A DNA stretch of 64,000 nucleotides, taken from contig JBMLOR010000065.1 of assembly GCA_049242865.1 (NCBI GenBank), positions 7,686-71,685 on the forward strand, given 5' to 3'. This document shows positions 38,111-47,432 of the stretch, one piece after another. The position numbers and the translations under genes are program-made. Below the pieces are notes generated by a model. It was not told the origin of the DNA, ran no database searches, and was given only the letters and a program-made list of their open reading frames with translations. The stretch comes from Chitinophagaceae bacterium (lineage in GTDB: Bacteria; Bacteroidota; Bacteroidia; Chitinophagales; Chitinophagaceae). How positions within the stretch are numbered: position 1 is the stretch's first letter; every line of letters begins with the position of its first letter.

Positions 38111-38704
38111 ATGAAAAAGATTTTAACCTTAGCAATTATTGTAATTGCTACAACAGTAAGTGTTCAAGCACAAAGAAATGGTGCAAAAGCTCCAAAAAAA
38201 TGTGCAACAAAGCCACATAACATGGGTGCAAAACTCAATTTAACTGCCGACCAAAAAACTCAAGTTAAAAGCATTAACACCAATTTTAAAACACAAGCAC
38301 AGGCTATTAAAAGTAATGATGCTTTAACACAAGGCGAAGCTAAAAAACAAATAAAAGATTTGCAAGAACAACGCAAAACTAGCATGCAAAATGTGCTTAC
38401 AGCAGAGCAAAAAACAAAATTAGAGCAATCAAAAGAAGAAGCTAAAAACGAAAGAGTTGAAAAACAAAAAAATCGTTTAGAAAAAATGAAAACTAATCTT
38501 AACCTAACTGATGATCAGGTTGCAAAATTTAAAGCACAACAGCAAGCAACAAAACAAAAGGTAGAAGAAATTAAAAGTAACACTTCACTTACTAAGCAAG
38601 AACAAAAAGAACAAATCAAAGCATTAATGCAAAATCGTAAAGATCAGGTAAAAGAGTTGCTTACACCAGAACAGTTAGAGCAACTAAAAAAAAGAAAGGG
38701 GTAA
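38111..38704 (+). CDS. Periplasmic Lys/Gln-rich LTXXQ-motif protein (Spy/CpxP-like)
   Basis: 197 aa with signal peptide MKKILTLAIIVIATTVSVQAQ. It has four LTxxQ motifs (LTADQ, LTAEQ, LTDDQ, LTPEQ) arranged as a two-fold internal duplication. Confidence 0.5.
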   Translation: MKKILTLAIIVIATTVSVQAQRNGAKAPKKCATKPHNMGAKLNLTADQKTQVKSINTNFKTQAQAIKSNDALTQGEAKKQIKDLQEQRKTSMQNVLTAEQKTKLEQSKEEAKNERVEKQKNRLEKMKTNLNLTDDQVAKFKAQQQATKQKVEEIKSNTSLTKQEQKEQIKALMQNRKDQVKELLTPEQLEQLKKRKG

Positions 38705-38713
38705 TATTTAAGT

Positions 38714-38743
38714 AAAAAAAGTCACTGTAAAGTGACTTTTTTT
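38714..38743. terminator. Bidirectional terminator between convergent genes
   Basis: The sequence is AAAAAAAGTCACT-GTAA-AGTGACTTTTTTT, a 6-bp GC-containing core flanked by an A run and a T run. Confidence 0.7.
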
Positions 38744-38757
38744 ATGAAGATTTTATA

Positions 38758-39513
38758 TCATCCTTTGAGCCAATAAACACATAAACCAATCCATTCTTTA
38801 ATTAACAATCCCCAATCATTTAAAGTTTTCATATTGGGTAAAAAATAATCTTGAATTTCAAAATTGCTATTTATTTCAATGTAGTTACATGGGAAAACTA
38901 AGCAGTTCATCACACCTAGTTTTTTTGTTAGGTAGGTTGTACGTGGTGTATGAAATGCTGATGTAATAACTATAATATCATTTTTAACATTTAAACTATC
39001 TAATATTTTTTTCGAAAAAATAAAGTTCTCTTCTGTATTTCTTGCTTTTGATTCTATAATGATATTGTTACTATCTATCCCACAATTTAAAAATGATTGG
39101 TATAAAAAACTTGCTTCATCTTTTTCTTTAAATAGTATTTTAGAGGATCCACCACTAACAATAATTTTTTTGATTTTACCAAGTTTGTATAGTTGCAATG
39201 TTTGTATAAATCTATCACTCGATTGTCCAAAAAAACCTGTATTTTCTTTATCATAACCTGCAATTCCACCAAGTAAAATTCCTACATTATAATTACCCAA
39301 ACTGTTTATTGATATGGGTTTGGGTTGATACGCTAAACTTACTTTATTATAAATAAATTTATTACTAAATAAAACAAAGCTTACTAATGCAATTTTTAAA
39401 ATTCTATTTCGAAATAAAATTTTTCGAGTAAAGAATGCTACCAAAAGCAATAACAATATCCAATTAAAAGGATAATATAAAAAGGCTAGTATTTTAGAAA
39501 TTATAAACTGCAT
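38758..39513 (-). CDS. YdcF/ElyC/SanA-like DUF218 protein
   Basis: 251 aa. An N-terminal TM is followed by IIVSGGS...ESKARNTEENFIFSKKIL...IIVITSAFHTPR. Its ATG overlaps the hbd-like stop (TAATG). Confidence 0.7.
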   Translation of the reverse strand: MQFIISKILAFLYYPFNWILLLLLVAFFTRKILFRNRILKIALVSFVLFSNKFIYNKVSLAYQPKPISINSLGNYNVGILLGGIAGYDKENTGFFGQSSDRFIQTLQLYKLGKIKKIIVSGGSSKILFKEKDEASFLYQSFLNCGIDSNNIIIESKARNTEENFIFSKKILDSLNVKNDIIVITSAFHTPRTTYLTKKLGVMNCLVFPCNYIEINSNFEIQDYFLPNMKTLNDWGLLIKEWIGLCVYWLKG

Positions 39514-40400
39514 TATACAAATTGGTTGCTTACAACAAGCTCTTTACTCCCTGCAGTGTACACATAAAAACCTTCACCAGATTTTGCACCAAGTTTGCCA
39601 GCAGTAACCATATTCACCAACAATGGACAAGGAGCGTACTTAGTATTTCCATAACCTTGATATAAAACATTAAGAATGCTTAAGCATACATCAAGTCCAA
39701 TAAAGTCAGCTAATTGTAATGGACCCATAGGGTGTGCCATACCAAGTTTCATAATAGTATCAATAGATTCTACTCCTGCAATGCCTTCATACAAACTATA
39801 AATTGCCTCGTTTATCATAGGCATTAATATTTTATTAGCAATAAATCCAGGATAATCATTAACTACACAAGGTACTTTGCCCAATTGCTTGCTAAGTTCA
39901 ATTATAATATTTGTAACCTCTTTGTCTGTACTATAGCCATTAATAATTTCTACCAACTTCATTATCGGTACAGGGTTCATAAAATGCATTCCAATAACTT
40001 TATTTGGTCGGTTAGTAGCAGCTGCAATTTTAGTGATAGATATAGATGAAGTGTTACTTGCTAAAATGCAATGTGCAGGTGCAGCGGCATCAATTTTTTT
40101 AAAAATATCGAGCTTAAGATTTACGTTTTCTGTAGCAGCTTCTACAACTAAATCAGCTTTTGCAACACCCAATTCTATTTGTGTTTGTGTAGAAAGGTTT
40201 TGTAGGGTTGCAGTTTTTTGTTCTTCTGTTATAGAACCTTTAGCTACTTGTCTATCCAAATTTTTTGTGATGGTTGAAATTGCTCTTTGTAATTGTGGTT
40301 CACTAACATCTATAAGCGATACATAAAAACCATTTTGTGCAAAAACATGTGCAATACCATTTCCCATTGTGCCTGCACCAATAACTGAAATATTTTTCAT
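39513..40400 (-). CDS. hbd: 3-hydroxybutyryl/3-hydroxyacyl-CoA dehydrogenase
   Basis: 295 aa. Recognisable motifs are ISVIGAGTMGNGIAHV, ASNTSSISIT, HFMNPVPIMKLVEI and PGFIANKILMPMINEA. Confidence 0.88.
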   Translation of the reverse strand: MKNISVIGAGTMGNGIAHVFAQNGFYVSLIDVSEPQLQRAISTITKNLDRQVAKGSITEEQKTATLQNLSTQTQIELGVAKADLVVEAATENVNLKLDIFKKIDAAAPAHCILASNTSSISITKIAAATNRPNKVIGMHFMNPVPIMKLVEIINGYSTDKEVTNIIIELSKQLGKVPCVVNDYPGFIANKILMPMINEAIYSLYEGIAGVESIDTIMKLGMAHPMGPLQLADFIGLDVCLSILNVLYQGYGNTKYAPCPLLVNMVTAGKLGAKSGEGFYVYTAGSKELVVSNQFV

Positions 40401-40594
40401 ATGTGTGATTTATTTACAAAGTATACATACTACTTTGTACTTTATTAAAATATTGTTTACAATCGTATGGCAAAGTAGCAAGATATTTTTTAGTATCTTA
40501 TTATTTTATTAGTAAAAAATGAGTTTAATAAATTGTAACAACAAAAACTTTAGGGTACTATTTCGATTATAAAATTAATTTATATCAATAAATT

Positions 40595-41938
40595 TTATTG
40601 TATGTTCAATTTGTTTTTATTATGATACACAGCAAAGTACAGTAACATAAATACTACCATTAAGCCAATTCCTGTAAGTGCTGCTTCAATATTATCAATA
40701 ATTACGGCTACAGCTACAAAGCAATAAGCAATAACAAATAATACCGATAAAATAGGTGTTATTTTATATAAAAAGTTTTTATACACTAGTTCATCACCCA
40801 TCATTTTTTTACGCATAATGAATAATGTACTAGCAGAAAGTGTCATACCAAAACAATCTAAAAAAATACTAAAAGTTAATACATTGTCTACTTCTTTGCC
40901 TAGCATTACTACCAAAATGGCAACTGCTGCAAAAACAGTTAAACTAGGAATTAAGGCTTGGGTTTTTGGATGTTTGTACGAAAACTTTTTAGGGAAAACA
41001 CCATCAATACTCATAGCATACATTACCCTAGGATTAGCCATTAATAGCACATTTACATAAGCCATTACACTTAAAAACATGCAAGCATCAAAAACTTTTC
41101 CACCAGCTTTTCCAAACCATGCTTCACATAATAAGGCACCAATAGCTGTAGCATTTTTCATTTTATCAAATCCAATAACAGTTACATACGCATAACTAAT
41201 ACATAAATACAAGGCTATTACTAATACAATACCAATTATAATTCCTTTTTGCATGGTTCGTGTATTTTTTAGCTCACCTCCAAAGTTTATGGTTTGTTGA
41301 TAGCCACCATAGGTAAACGAAACAGCAACAAGGCTCAACATTAACAGTAAAAATGTGTTGTTACCATTATATTCATAAATTGGTTTTGAAGTTTCATAAC
41401 CATGAGGTTCAATAATAACACCTTTGAATATTGCAGAAATTAATAAAACAACTAATGAAACTTTTACAATAGTTAAAATATTTTGAGTTGTGCTGCTTGT
41501 TTTTAAACCCATAACATTCACACCATAAAAAATTAAAATTGGGATAGTTGCAACTAATATATTAAATAGCTGACCAGAAGGTTTTCCATATAATAAGTCA
41601 CTTGCATAATCAGCACCAATTAAAGCTACCACAGCCAAAGAAGCAGCATTGCTGATAAGTATTAATGCATTTACTGTAAAGCCAATGCTAGGATGGTAGG
41701 CAGTTGCAAATACTTTATAAAAAGCTCCAACAACGGGCATTCTTTGTCCAATTTCGGCATACGTAAGTGCTCCACAAATAGCAACACAACCTCCAAAAAT
41801 CCAGGCTAAATAAAAAATAAATTCTGTGCCAGATTTAGCTGCAATAGTAGCTGGGGTTTTAAAAATTCCCATTCCAATTACAAGGCTAATAACAATCATG
41901 GTTAGGCTAAATAAATTTAGCTGTTGCTTATTTTCCAC
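40595..41938 (-). CDS. APC-superfamily amino-acid permease
   Basis: 447 aa with ~12 TM segments. The start reads LFSLTMIVISLVIGMGIFKTPATIA. Confidence 0.75.
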   Translation of the reverse strand: MENKQQLNLFSLTMIVISLVIGMGIFKTPATIAAKSGTEFIFYLAWIFGGCVAICGALTYAEIGQRMPVVGAFYKVFATAYHPSIGFTVNALILISNAASLAVVALIGADYASDLLYGKPSGQLFNILVATIPILIFYGVNVMGLKTSSTTQNILTIVKVSLVVLLISAIFKGVIIEPHGYETSKPIYEYNGNNTFLLLMLSLVAVSFTYGGYQQTINFGGELKNTRTMQKGIIIGIVLVIALYLCISYAYVTVIGFDKMKNATAIGALLCEAWFGKAGGKVFDACMFLSVMAYVNVLLMANPRVMYAMSIDGVFPKKFSYKHPKTQALIPSLTVFAAVAILVVMLGKEVDNVLTFSIFLDCFGMTLSASTLFIMRKKMMGDELVYKNFLYKITPILSVLFVIAYCFVAVAVIIDNIEAALTGIGLMVVFMLLYFAVYHNKNKLNIQ

Positions 41939-42001
41939 AATACTTTTTTTTGAACTGTAATATTAGGTTTTATTCTTTTAAAATTGCTTTTAACACTACA
42001 C

Positions 42002-42036
42002 AAAAAAAAGAAGCACATATATATTATGCTTCTTTT
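42002..42036 (-). terminator. Rho-independent terminator of the gal operon
   Basis: AAAAGAAGCA (42006-15) pairs with TGCTTCTTTT (42027-36), 10 bp perfect. On the minus strand the stem runs directly into a T run (complement of the A run 42002-42009, which overlaps the proximal arm). Confidence 0.75.
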
Positions 42037-42101
42037 AAATAGGGTTTAAAGTATTAAATTAATTGAATAAAATGTTTTTTTGATGAGTTGATGTACAAAA
42101 G

Positions 42102-43145
42102 CTATAAAGCATAATGCTTTGAGCTTAAGTTTCTTAAAACTTCTGCACTTCTTTCTGCAGTTATATCTCGTTGTGCTTCTCCTAACATTTCATAACCAAC
42201 CATAAATTTTTTTACACTCGCACTTCTTAATAATGGTGGATAAAAATGAAAATGAACATCCCATTCCTCATGTGTTAACCCATCTGTTGGTGCTTGATGA
42301 ATACCTGCACTATAAGGGAATGAGGTTTCAAATAAATTGTCGTATAATGTTGTTGTATGTTTAATAATACTTGCAAAATCAACTATTTGTTGATCGTTAA
42401 AATGTGCAATAGATGGTAAAGCATTTTTGCTTACAATCATAGTTTCAAAGGGCCAAGTTGCCCAAAATGGAACAAGCGTAACAAAAGAGTCGTTTTCAAA
42501 AACTATCCTTTCATTTAATTGTAACTCTTTTTGTAAATAATCTTGTAATAATGTTTTTTGATGTGTTTTATAGTATTTTAATAAGTTGTTTTGAGTGCGT
42601 TGCACTAGAGATGGAATTGAACTTTGTGCCCAAATTTGGCCATGAGGATGAGGATTGCTGCAACCCATTACTGAGCCTTTGTTTTCAAAGATTTGTACGT
42701 GATTTATTTTAGGATGTTTGCTAAGCTCCTCGTATTGTTGTTTCCAAGTTTTTACTACCTCTTCAATGGCTTCTTGCTCCATTAATGGAAGTGTTAAAGA
42801 GTGATTGGGCGAAAAGCAAATTACCCTGTTAATTCCAAATTCTGGTTGTGATTTAAAAAAGTCATCTTTGCTATTTTCTTCATCAAACTCAATCGATTGA
42901 AATGCTGGATAATCGTTATCAAACACATAGCAACTTTCGTAATTTGGATTTACTTCACCACCACTTCTTTGATTTCCTGCACATAAATAACAATTTGCAT
43001 CATGTGTTATGGTGGGCAAAGGTGCAGCAGTTTCTTGTTGGCCTTGCCAAGGGCGTTGAGTTCGTTGAGGCGATACTAAAATCCATTCATCTAATAAAGG
43101 ATTGTAGCGTCTGTGGGCATGTAGTTTATTATCAAAAGCAGTCAT
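42102..43145 (-). CDS. galT: Galactose-1-phosphate uridylyltransferase (type 1)
   Basis: Track ORF is 42102..43190. I start it at ATG 43145 (MTAFDNKLHAHRRYNPL...), 7 nt after the galK stop. It has the zinc site CYLCAGN and the active site CSNPHPHGQIWA. Confidence 0.92.
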   Translation of the reverse strand: MTAFDNKLHAHRRYNPLLDEWILVSPQRTQRPWQGQQETAAPLPTITHDANCYLCAGNQRSGGEVNPNYESCYVFDNDYPAFQSIEFDEENSKDDFFKSQPEFGINRVICFSPNHSLTLPLMEQEAIEEVVKTWKQQYEELSKHPKINHVQIFENKGSVMGCSNPHPHGQIWAQSSIPSLVQRTQNNLLKYYKTHQKTLLQDYLQKELQLNERIVFENDSFVTLVPFWATWPFETMIVSKNALPSIAHFNDQQIVDFASIIKHTTTLYDNLFETSFPYSAGIHQAPTDGLTHEEWDVHFHFYPPLLRSASVKKFMVGYEMLGEAQRDITAERSAEVLRNLSSKHYAL

Positions 43146-43152
43146 AAATAAA

Positions 43153-44322
43153 TTATTTTTTTGGTGTGTAAATATGAGTTCCTTGGGCAATTTTTAGTTG
43201 AATAGCTTTGCCTTTTATGCCAAATTTTTCTTTGTAACTTTTAAGTACATTTTCTGTGAAAGATTTAACGGCAGTTTTTTCAATAATCAAAATCATACAA
43301 CCTCCAAAACCACCACCCATCATTCTAGCCCCTAAAACTGCAGGATATTGTTTTGCTTGTGCTACTAAAAAATCTAGTTCGTCACAGCTTACGTGGTATA
43401 ATTTACTTAAGCCATGGTGTGTTTGATACAGATATTTTCCTACTTTTTCTATTTCATTTTTGCTCAAGGCTTTTACTGTATTTTGTACACGAGCAATTTC
43501 TTCAACTACAAATTTGCAGCAGTCGTAAATATCTTTTGATAGGCTTTTTTTCACAAATTCTAGATGTTCTTTTTTTACATCTCTAAAGTTTTTTATTTCA
43601 GGAAAATGTTCCATTAAAAAAGCTTTTCCTTTTTGTGCAGCAGCTTTTCTGTCATTGTATCCAGAAGCTAAAAGACTATGTTTTACTTGACTATCAATTA
43701 AAAGTACTTGATAATTACCTAGTGCAATAGAAACTTCTTTATGCTCAAAACTTAAGCAATCTAGTAATAGAAAATAATTTTCTTTCCCAAACAAATTGGC
43801 ATACTGATCCATTATACCACATTTTACACCAACAAATTTGTGTTCTGTTTTTTGAGCCATTTTTGCCAGTTGTAAAGTAGTGTACTTTAAATTAAAAAGA
43901 TGATTTAAAGCATAGGCAAAGCCACAAGTTAATGCAGCAGATGAAGATAAGCCAGCACCAATTGGGAGGTTGCTACTAAATACAACTTGAACACCTTGTG
44001 GCAGCTTTTTTTTCATTTGGCTAAGAATACCAACAAAGTAGTTAACCCAAATTCTGTCTGTCGACACTAATGGCCCATTTAAATCAATTTCAACAGTATC
44101 TTTTATATCAATTGCAATAATCTTTGCAGTTTGTTTTTTTGTTTTTTTTATGGCAACACAAACATATTTATCAATAGCAGCAGGCATTACATAACCATCG
44201 TTATAATCAATATGTTCTCCAATAAAATTTATTCTTCCAGGAGAAAGTACAACTACATCTGCTTTGCTTTTAAATACATTTTCGAAATGTTGACTTGTGC
44301 TATTTACAATTTTTTGTGACAT
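43153..44322 (-). CDS. galK: Galactokinase
   Basis: 389 aa with the signature PGRINFIGEHIDYNDGYVMP and the GHMP motif PIGAGLSSSAAL. Confidence 0.93.
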   Translation of the reverse strand: MSQKIVNSTSQHFENVFKSKADVVVLSPGRINFIGEHIDYNDGYVMPAAIDKYVCVAIKKTKKQTAKIIAIDIKDTVEIDLNGPLVSTDRIWVNYFVGILSQMKKKLPQGVQVVFSSNLPIGAGLSSSAALTCGFAYALNHLFNLKYTTLQLAKMAQKTEHKFVGVKCGIMDQYANLFGKENYFLLLDCLSFEHKEVSIALGNYQVLLIDSQVKHSLLASGYNDRKAAAQKGKAFLMEHFPEIKNFRDVKKEHLEFVKKSLSKDIYDCCKFVVEEIARVQNTVKALSKNEIEKVGKYLYQTHHGLSKLYHVSCDELDFLVAQAKQYPAVLGARMMGGGFGGCMILIIEKTAVKSFTENVLKSYKEKFGIKGKAIQLKIAQGTHIYTPKK

Positions 44323-44355
44323 GAATTTAATGTATTAATAATGATAAAATTTGAA

Positions 44356-45381
44356 TTAAAAATTTGAAAAATGGTAAGCTGTTTTATGTAAAAAAACTTC
44401 ATCTTTTTTTAGCACTATTGAAGGAAAATTTTCGTGATGAACTGAATCTGGAAAATGTTGAGTTTCAAAACAAATACCACTGTAGGTGCCGTATTGTTTA
44501 TATTTTTTTGTAACTAAAGCTTCGTTTACTTTTCCTCCAACATAAACATGGGTGCTTGGTTGATTAGTAAATACAGTAAGTTGTAAATTGTTTGTATTGC
44601 ACCTTAAACAAGCAACACTTTCGTTTAAATTGTTGTTTACAAATGAAGTATCAATTGATGTTGGTGCAGCAGCATAGTTAGAAAAATTATAGTTAGATTG
44701 TTGTACATCTATAAAATTACCAGTAGGTATCATATCATTAGTTTCGAGCAATTGATTGGCTTGTAATTTTAATTCATGTTTGCTTAAGTCGGTAGAAGCA
44801 TCGTCTAAATTAAAATAACTATGTTGTGTAAAGTTTACTACAGTGTCAGCATCACTTATGGCTTCAATTGTAATATCCCAAGTATTATCTTCTGTAATTT
44901 CATAAGTAAGATTGGTTTGCAAATTGCCAGGATAACCTTCTTCTCCATCTTTACTTAATAAGTAAAAAGTAATTTTATTTGATGCTACATGTTTTACTTC
45001 CCAAACTTTTTGACTAAAACCTTCAAAACCACCATGTAGTTGATGTGCACCAAAGTTGGCATTTAAAGAAACTATCGTGTTGTTTAAATCAAACTGAGCA
45101 TTTGCAATTCTGCCAGCAACTCTACCAACTATTGCACCAAAATAGGGCGAACCTCCAATTTCAAATGATTTGATATAATCCTCTACACTATTAAATCCTA
45201 AAACAACATCAATCAATTGATTATTATTCGGAACAAAAAGATTAGTAACAGTAGCCCCATAATCGAGCACATTTAAACACATTCCTTTTGAATTTTTTAT
45301 CGAGTAACCCGTAATGGCAGTTCCATTACTTAAATGTCCATGTATTTTTGGACTTTCGTTTGAAAGTAATTTAGCAAGCAT
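44356..45381 (-). CDS. galM: Aldose 1-epimerase (galactose mutarotase)
   Basis: 341 aa. It has QLHGGFEGFSQKVWEV, TQHSYFNL and CFETQHFPDS motifs. It is the first gene of galM-galK-galT. Confidence 0.85.
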   Translation of the reverse strand: MLAKLLSNESPKIHGHLSNGTAITGYSIKNSKGMCLNVLDYGATVTNLFVPNNNQLIDVVLGFNSVEDYIKSFEIGGSPYFGAIVGRVAGRIANAQFDLNNTIVSLNANFGAHQLHGGFEGFSQKVWEVKHVASNKITFYLLSKDGEEGYPGNLQTNLTYEITEDNTWDITIEAISDADTVVNFTQHSYFNLDDASTDLSKHELKLQANQLLETNDMIPTGNFIDVQQSNYNFSNYAAAPTSIDTSFVNNNLNESVACLRCNTNNLQLTVFTNQPSTHVYVGGKVNEALVTKKYKQYGTYSGICFETQHFPDSVHHENFPSIVLKKDEVFLHKTAYHFSNF

Positions 45382-45415
45382 AAGCCAAACTTAGAATTAA
45401 AAAAAATATAAACAT

Positions 45416-45453
45416 ACCAGTACCCACCAGTTTTTTGTATATTGCCTACCAGT
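45416..45453. promoter_or_regulatory. Three ACCAGT boxes in the galM / GntR divergent control region
   Basis: ACCAGT occurs at 45416-21, 45426-31 and 45448-53, with start-to-start spacing of 10 and 22 bp. The last two are embedded in CCACCAGTTTT and CTACCAGTTTA. Confidence 0.35.
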
Positions 45454-45461
45454 TTAAAATT

Positions 45462-46445
45462 ATGTTACCTAAAAACGATGTGCCAAAATATCTGCAAATT
45501 GTAAATGCATTAGAGCAATCAATTAGTAGCAAGGCTACAAGCTATGGACAAAAATTGCCTAGTGTAAATAAGTGTTGTTTGCAGTTTCATGTTTCAAGAG
45601 ATACTGTATTATTAGCTTATGAAACTTTAAAAAAGCGTGGAATTGTACAAAGCGTTGCAGGCAAAGGATATTTTATAAAGAGTTATAAAATTGAAACACA
45701 GAAACGAGTTTTTGTATTGTTCGATGAATTAAATGCTTTTAAACAAGATTTATATGTATCATTAGTTGAGCATTTGGGCATGCAGATTTTTGTAGATGTT
45801 TATTTTCATCATTTTAATTATAAAGTTTTTAAAGCATTGATTGAAGAAGCAAGGGGTAATTACTCGTGTTATGTAATTATGCCATCGAACTTAAAGTATG
45901 CACCAGAAGCTATAAGTAAATTAGCAATGAATGAAGTTTACTTACTCGATCAAACAAGGCCAATTTGGAATAAATATGCTTCCGTTTATCAAGATTTTGA
46001 AAAAGACATTTTTGAATCGTTATTTAAAGTAAAACTGTTTCTCCGTAAGTATAGTAAAATTGTTTTAATCTATCCTGGCGAAAAAGAACCAATTGGCATG
46101 GTAAAAGGCTTTGAAAAATTTAAAAAAACTACAACAACTATTTGCCAAGTTGTTACTGCATTTAATGAAAAACTGTTGCAGCATGGCACAGTATTTATTG
46201 TAGTAAAGGATGAAGATTTAGTTGAATTAATTGAAGCAGCACATATAAAAAAATTCGTTCTTAAAAAAGATTATGGAATTATTTCGTACAACGATACCTC
46301 GCTAAAAAAAATTGTTGAAAAAGGAATTACTACCATTTCTACAGATTTTAAAAAAATGGGCGAAACTATGGCACAAATGATTTTGCAACAACAAGCCAAT
46401 CAAGTGCACAATCCTTGCAATATTATTATTCGAAAATCATTATAG
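45462..46445 (+). CDS. GntR-family transcriptional regulator with sugar-binding-like C-terminal domain
   Basis: The track ORF starts at 45435 (non-ATG). I use ATG 45462 (MLPKNDVPKYLQIVNALEQSI...). The wHTH reads LPSVNKCCLQFHVSRDTVLLAYETLKKRGIVQSVAGKGYFI. It is divergent from the gal operon. Confidence 0.8.
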   Translation: MLPKNDVPKYLQIVNALEQSISSKATSYGQKLPSVNKCCLQFHVSRDTVLLAYETLKKRGIVQSVAGKGYFIKSYKIETQKRVFVLFDELNAFKQDLYVSLVEHLGMQIFVDVYFHHFNYKVFKALIEEARGNYSCYVIMPSNLKYAPEAISKLAMNEVYLLDQTRPIWNKYASVYQDFEKDIFESLFKVKLFLRKYSKIVLIYPGEKEPIGMVKGFEKFKKTTTTICQVVTAFNEKLLQHGTVFIVVKDEDLVELIEAAHIKKFVLKKDYGIISYNDTSLKKIVEKGITTISTDFKKMGETMAQMILQQQANQVHNPCNIIIRKSL

Positions 46446-47375
46446 CTACTCATTAAGTAAAAACTTAATGTTTCTATGAATGCCTTGCAGTTTGCTGCGT
46501 TTTAATGGAGAATCTTTGAAAATAGTTGAAAAACTTTCTTGTGTTAATTGCAACCAGTCAGACTCATTAAAATCAAAGATTTCTCGAATGGGCTCAAAAT
46601 CTTTTTCCATATGGCTTTTGCTAAATCTATTCCATGGACAAACATCTTGGCAAGTGTCGCAACCAAACATCCAATTATCAAATTTACCCTGTAAACCATT
46701 ATGTATAAATGCATCTTTTAACTCAATGGTATGATACGATATACATTTATTAGCATCAATAACTTTATTAGGTAAAATGGCTTCTGTTGGGCAATCATCA
46801 ATACATTTTGTACAAGTGCCACAATAATCTTTAGCAAATTCATGATCATATTCCAACTCAATATCTACAATTAAGGTGGCGATAAAAAAGAATGAGCCCT
46901 GTTGTTTAGTAATAAAGTTACCATTTTTACCAACCCAGCCTAAGCCACTTTTTACAGCCCATGCTCGTTCTAAAACAGGGGCACTATCTACAAAGCCACG
47001 AGCATTAAAATTGCCTAGTTGAATTTGTAAAGCTGCATAAAATTCTTTTAAATATTTTTTGATGACGGTGTGATAGTCTTTGCCATAAGCATACTTACTA
47101 ATTTTGTTTTTTGTAGTTGAAATTTGTTTGGGGTAATAGTTTTTTAAAACAGTAATTACAGATTTTGCACCAGGTACAAGCAGTTGTGGGTTTACTCTTT
47201 TATCAAAATGATTCTCCATGTATTGCATACCTGCATGGTGGTTTTTGTGTAGCCAATTTTCTAGCTTTTGTGCATCATTTTCTAAAAATTCTGCCTTAGC
47301 AATTCCACAGAAATCAAAGCCAAACTGCTTTGAGGTGTTTTTAATAAAAATTGATTTGTGATGAAAACTATGCAA
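46446..47375 (-). CDS. queG: Epoxyqueuosine reductase
   Basis: 309 aa with ferredoxin motifs CGTCTKCIDDCPT and CDTCQDVCPWN, and the GWVGKNGNFI motif. Confidence 0.88.
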   Translation of the reverse strand: MHSFHHKSIFIKNTSKQFGFDFCGIAKAEFLENDAQKLENWLHKNHHAGMQYMENHFDKRVNPQLLVPGAKSVITVLKNYYPKQISTTKNKISKYAYGKDYHTVIKKYLKEFYAALQIQLGNFNARGFVDSAPVLERAWAVKSGLGWVGKNGNFITKQQGSFFFIATLIVDIELEYDHEFAKDYCGTCTKCIDDCPTEAILPNKVIDANKCISYHTIELKDAFIHNGLQGKFDNWMFGCDTCQDVCPWNRFSKSHMEKDFEPIREIFDFNESDWLQLTQESFSTIFKDSPLKRSKLQGIHRNIKFLLNE

Positions 47376-47432
47376 CTAAAAAAATTTTGTTATTATATAA
47401 TAAGTTTTTAAAATTGTAAAAATAAACAAGTT

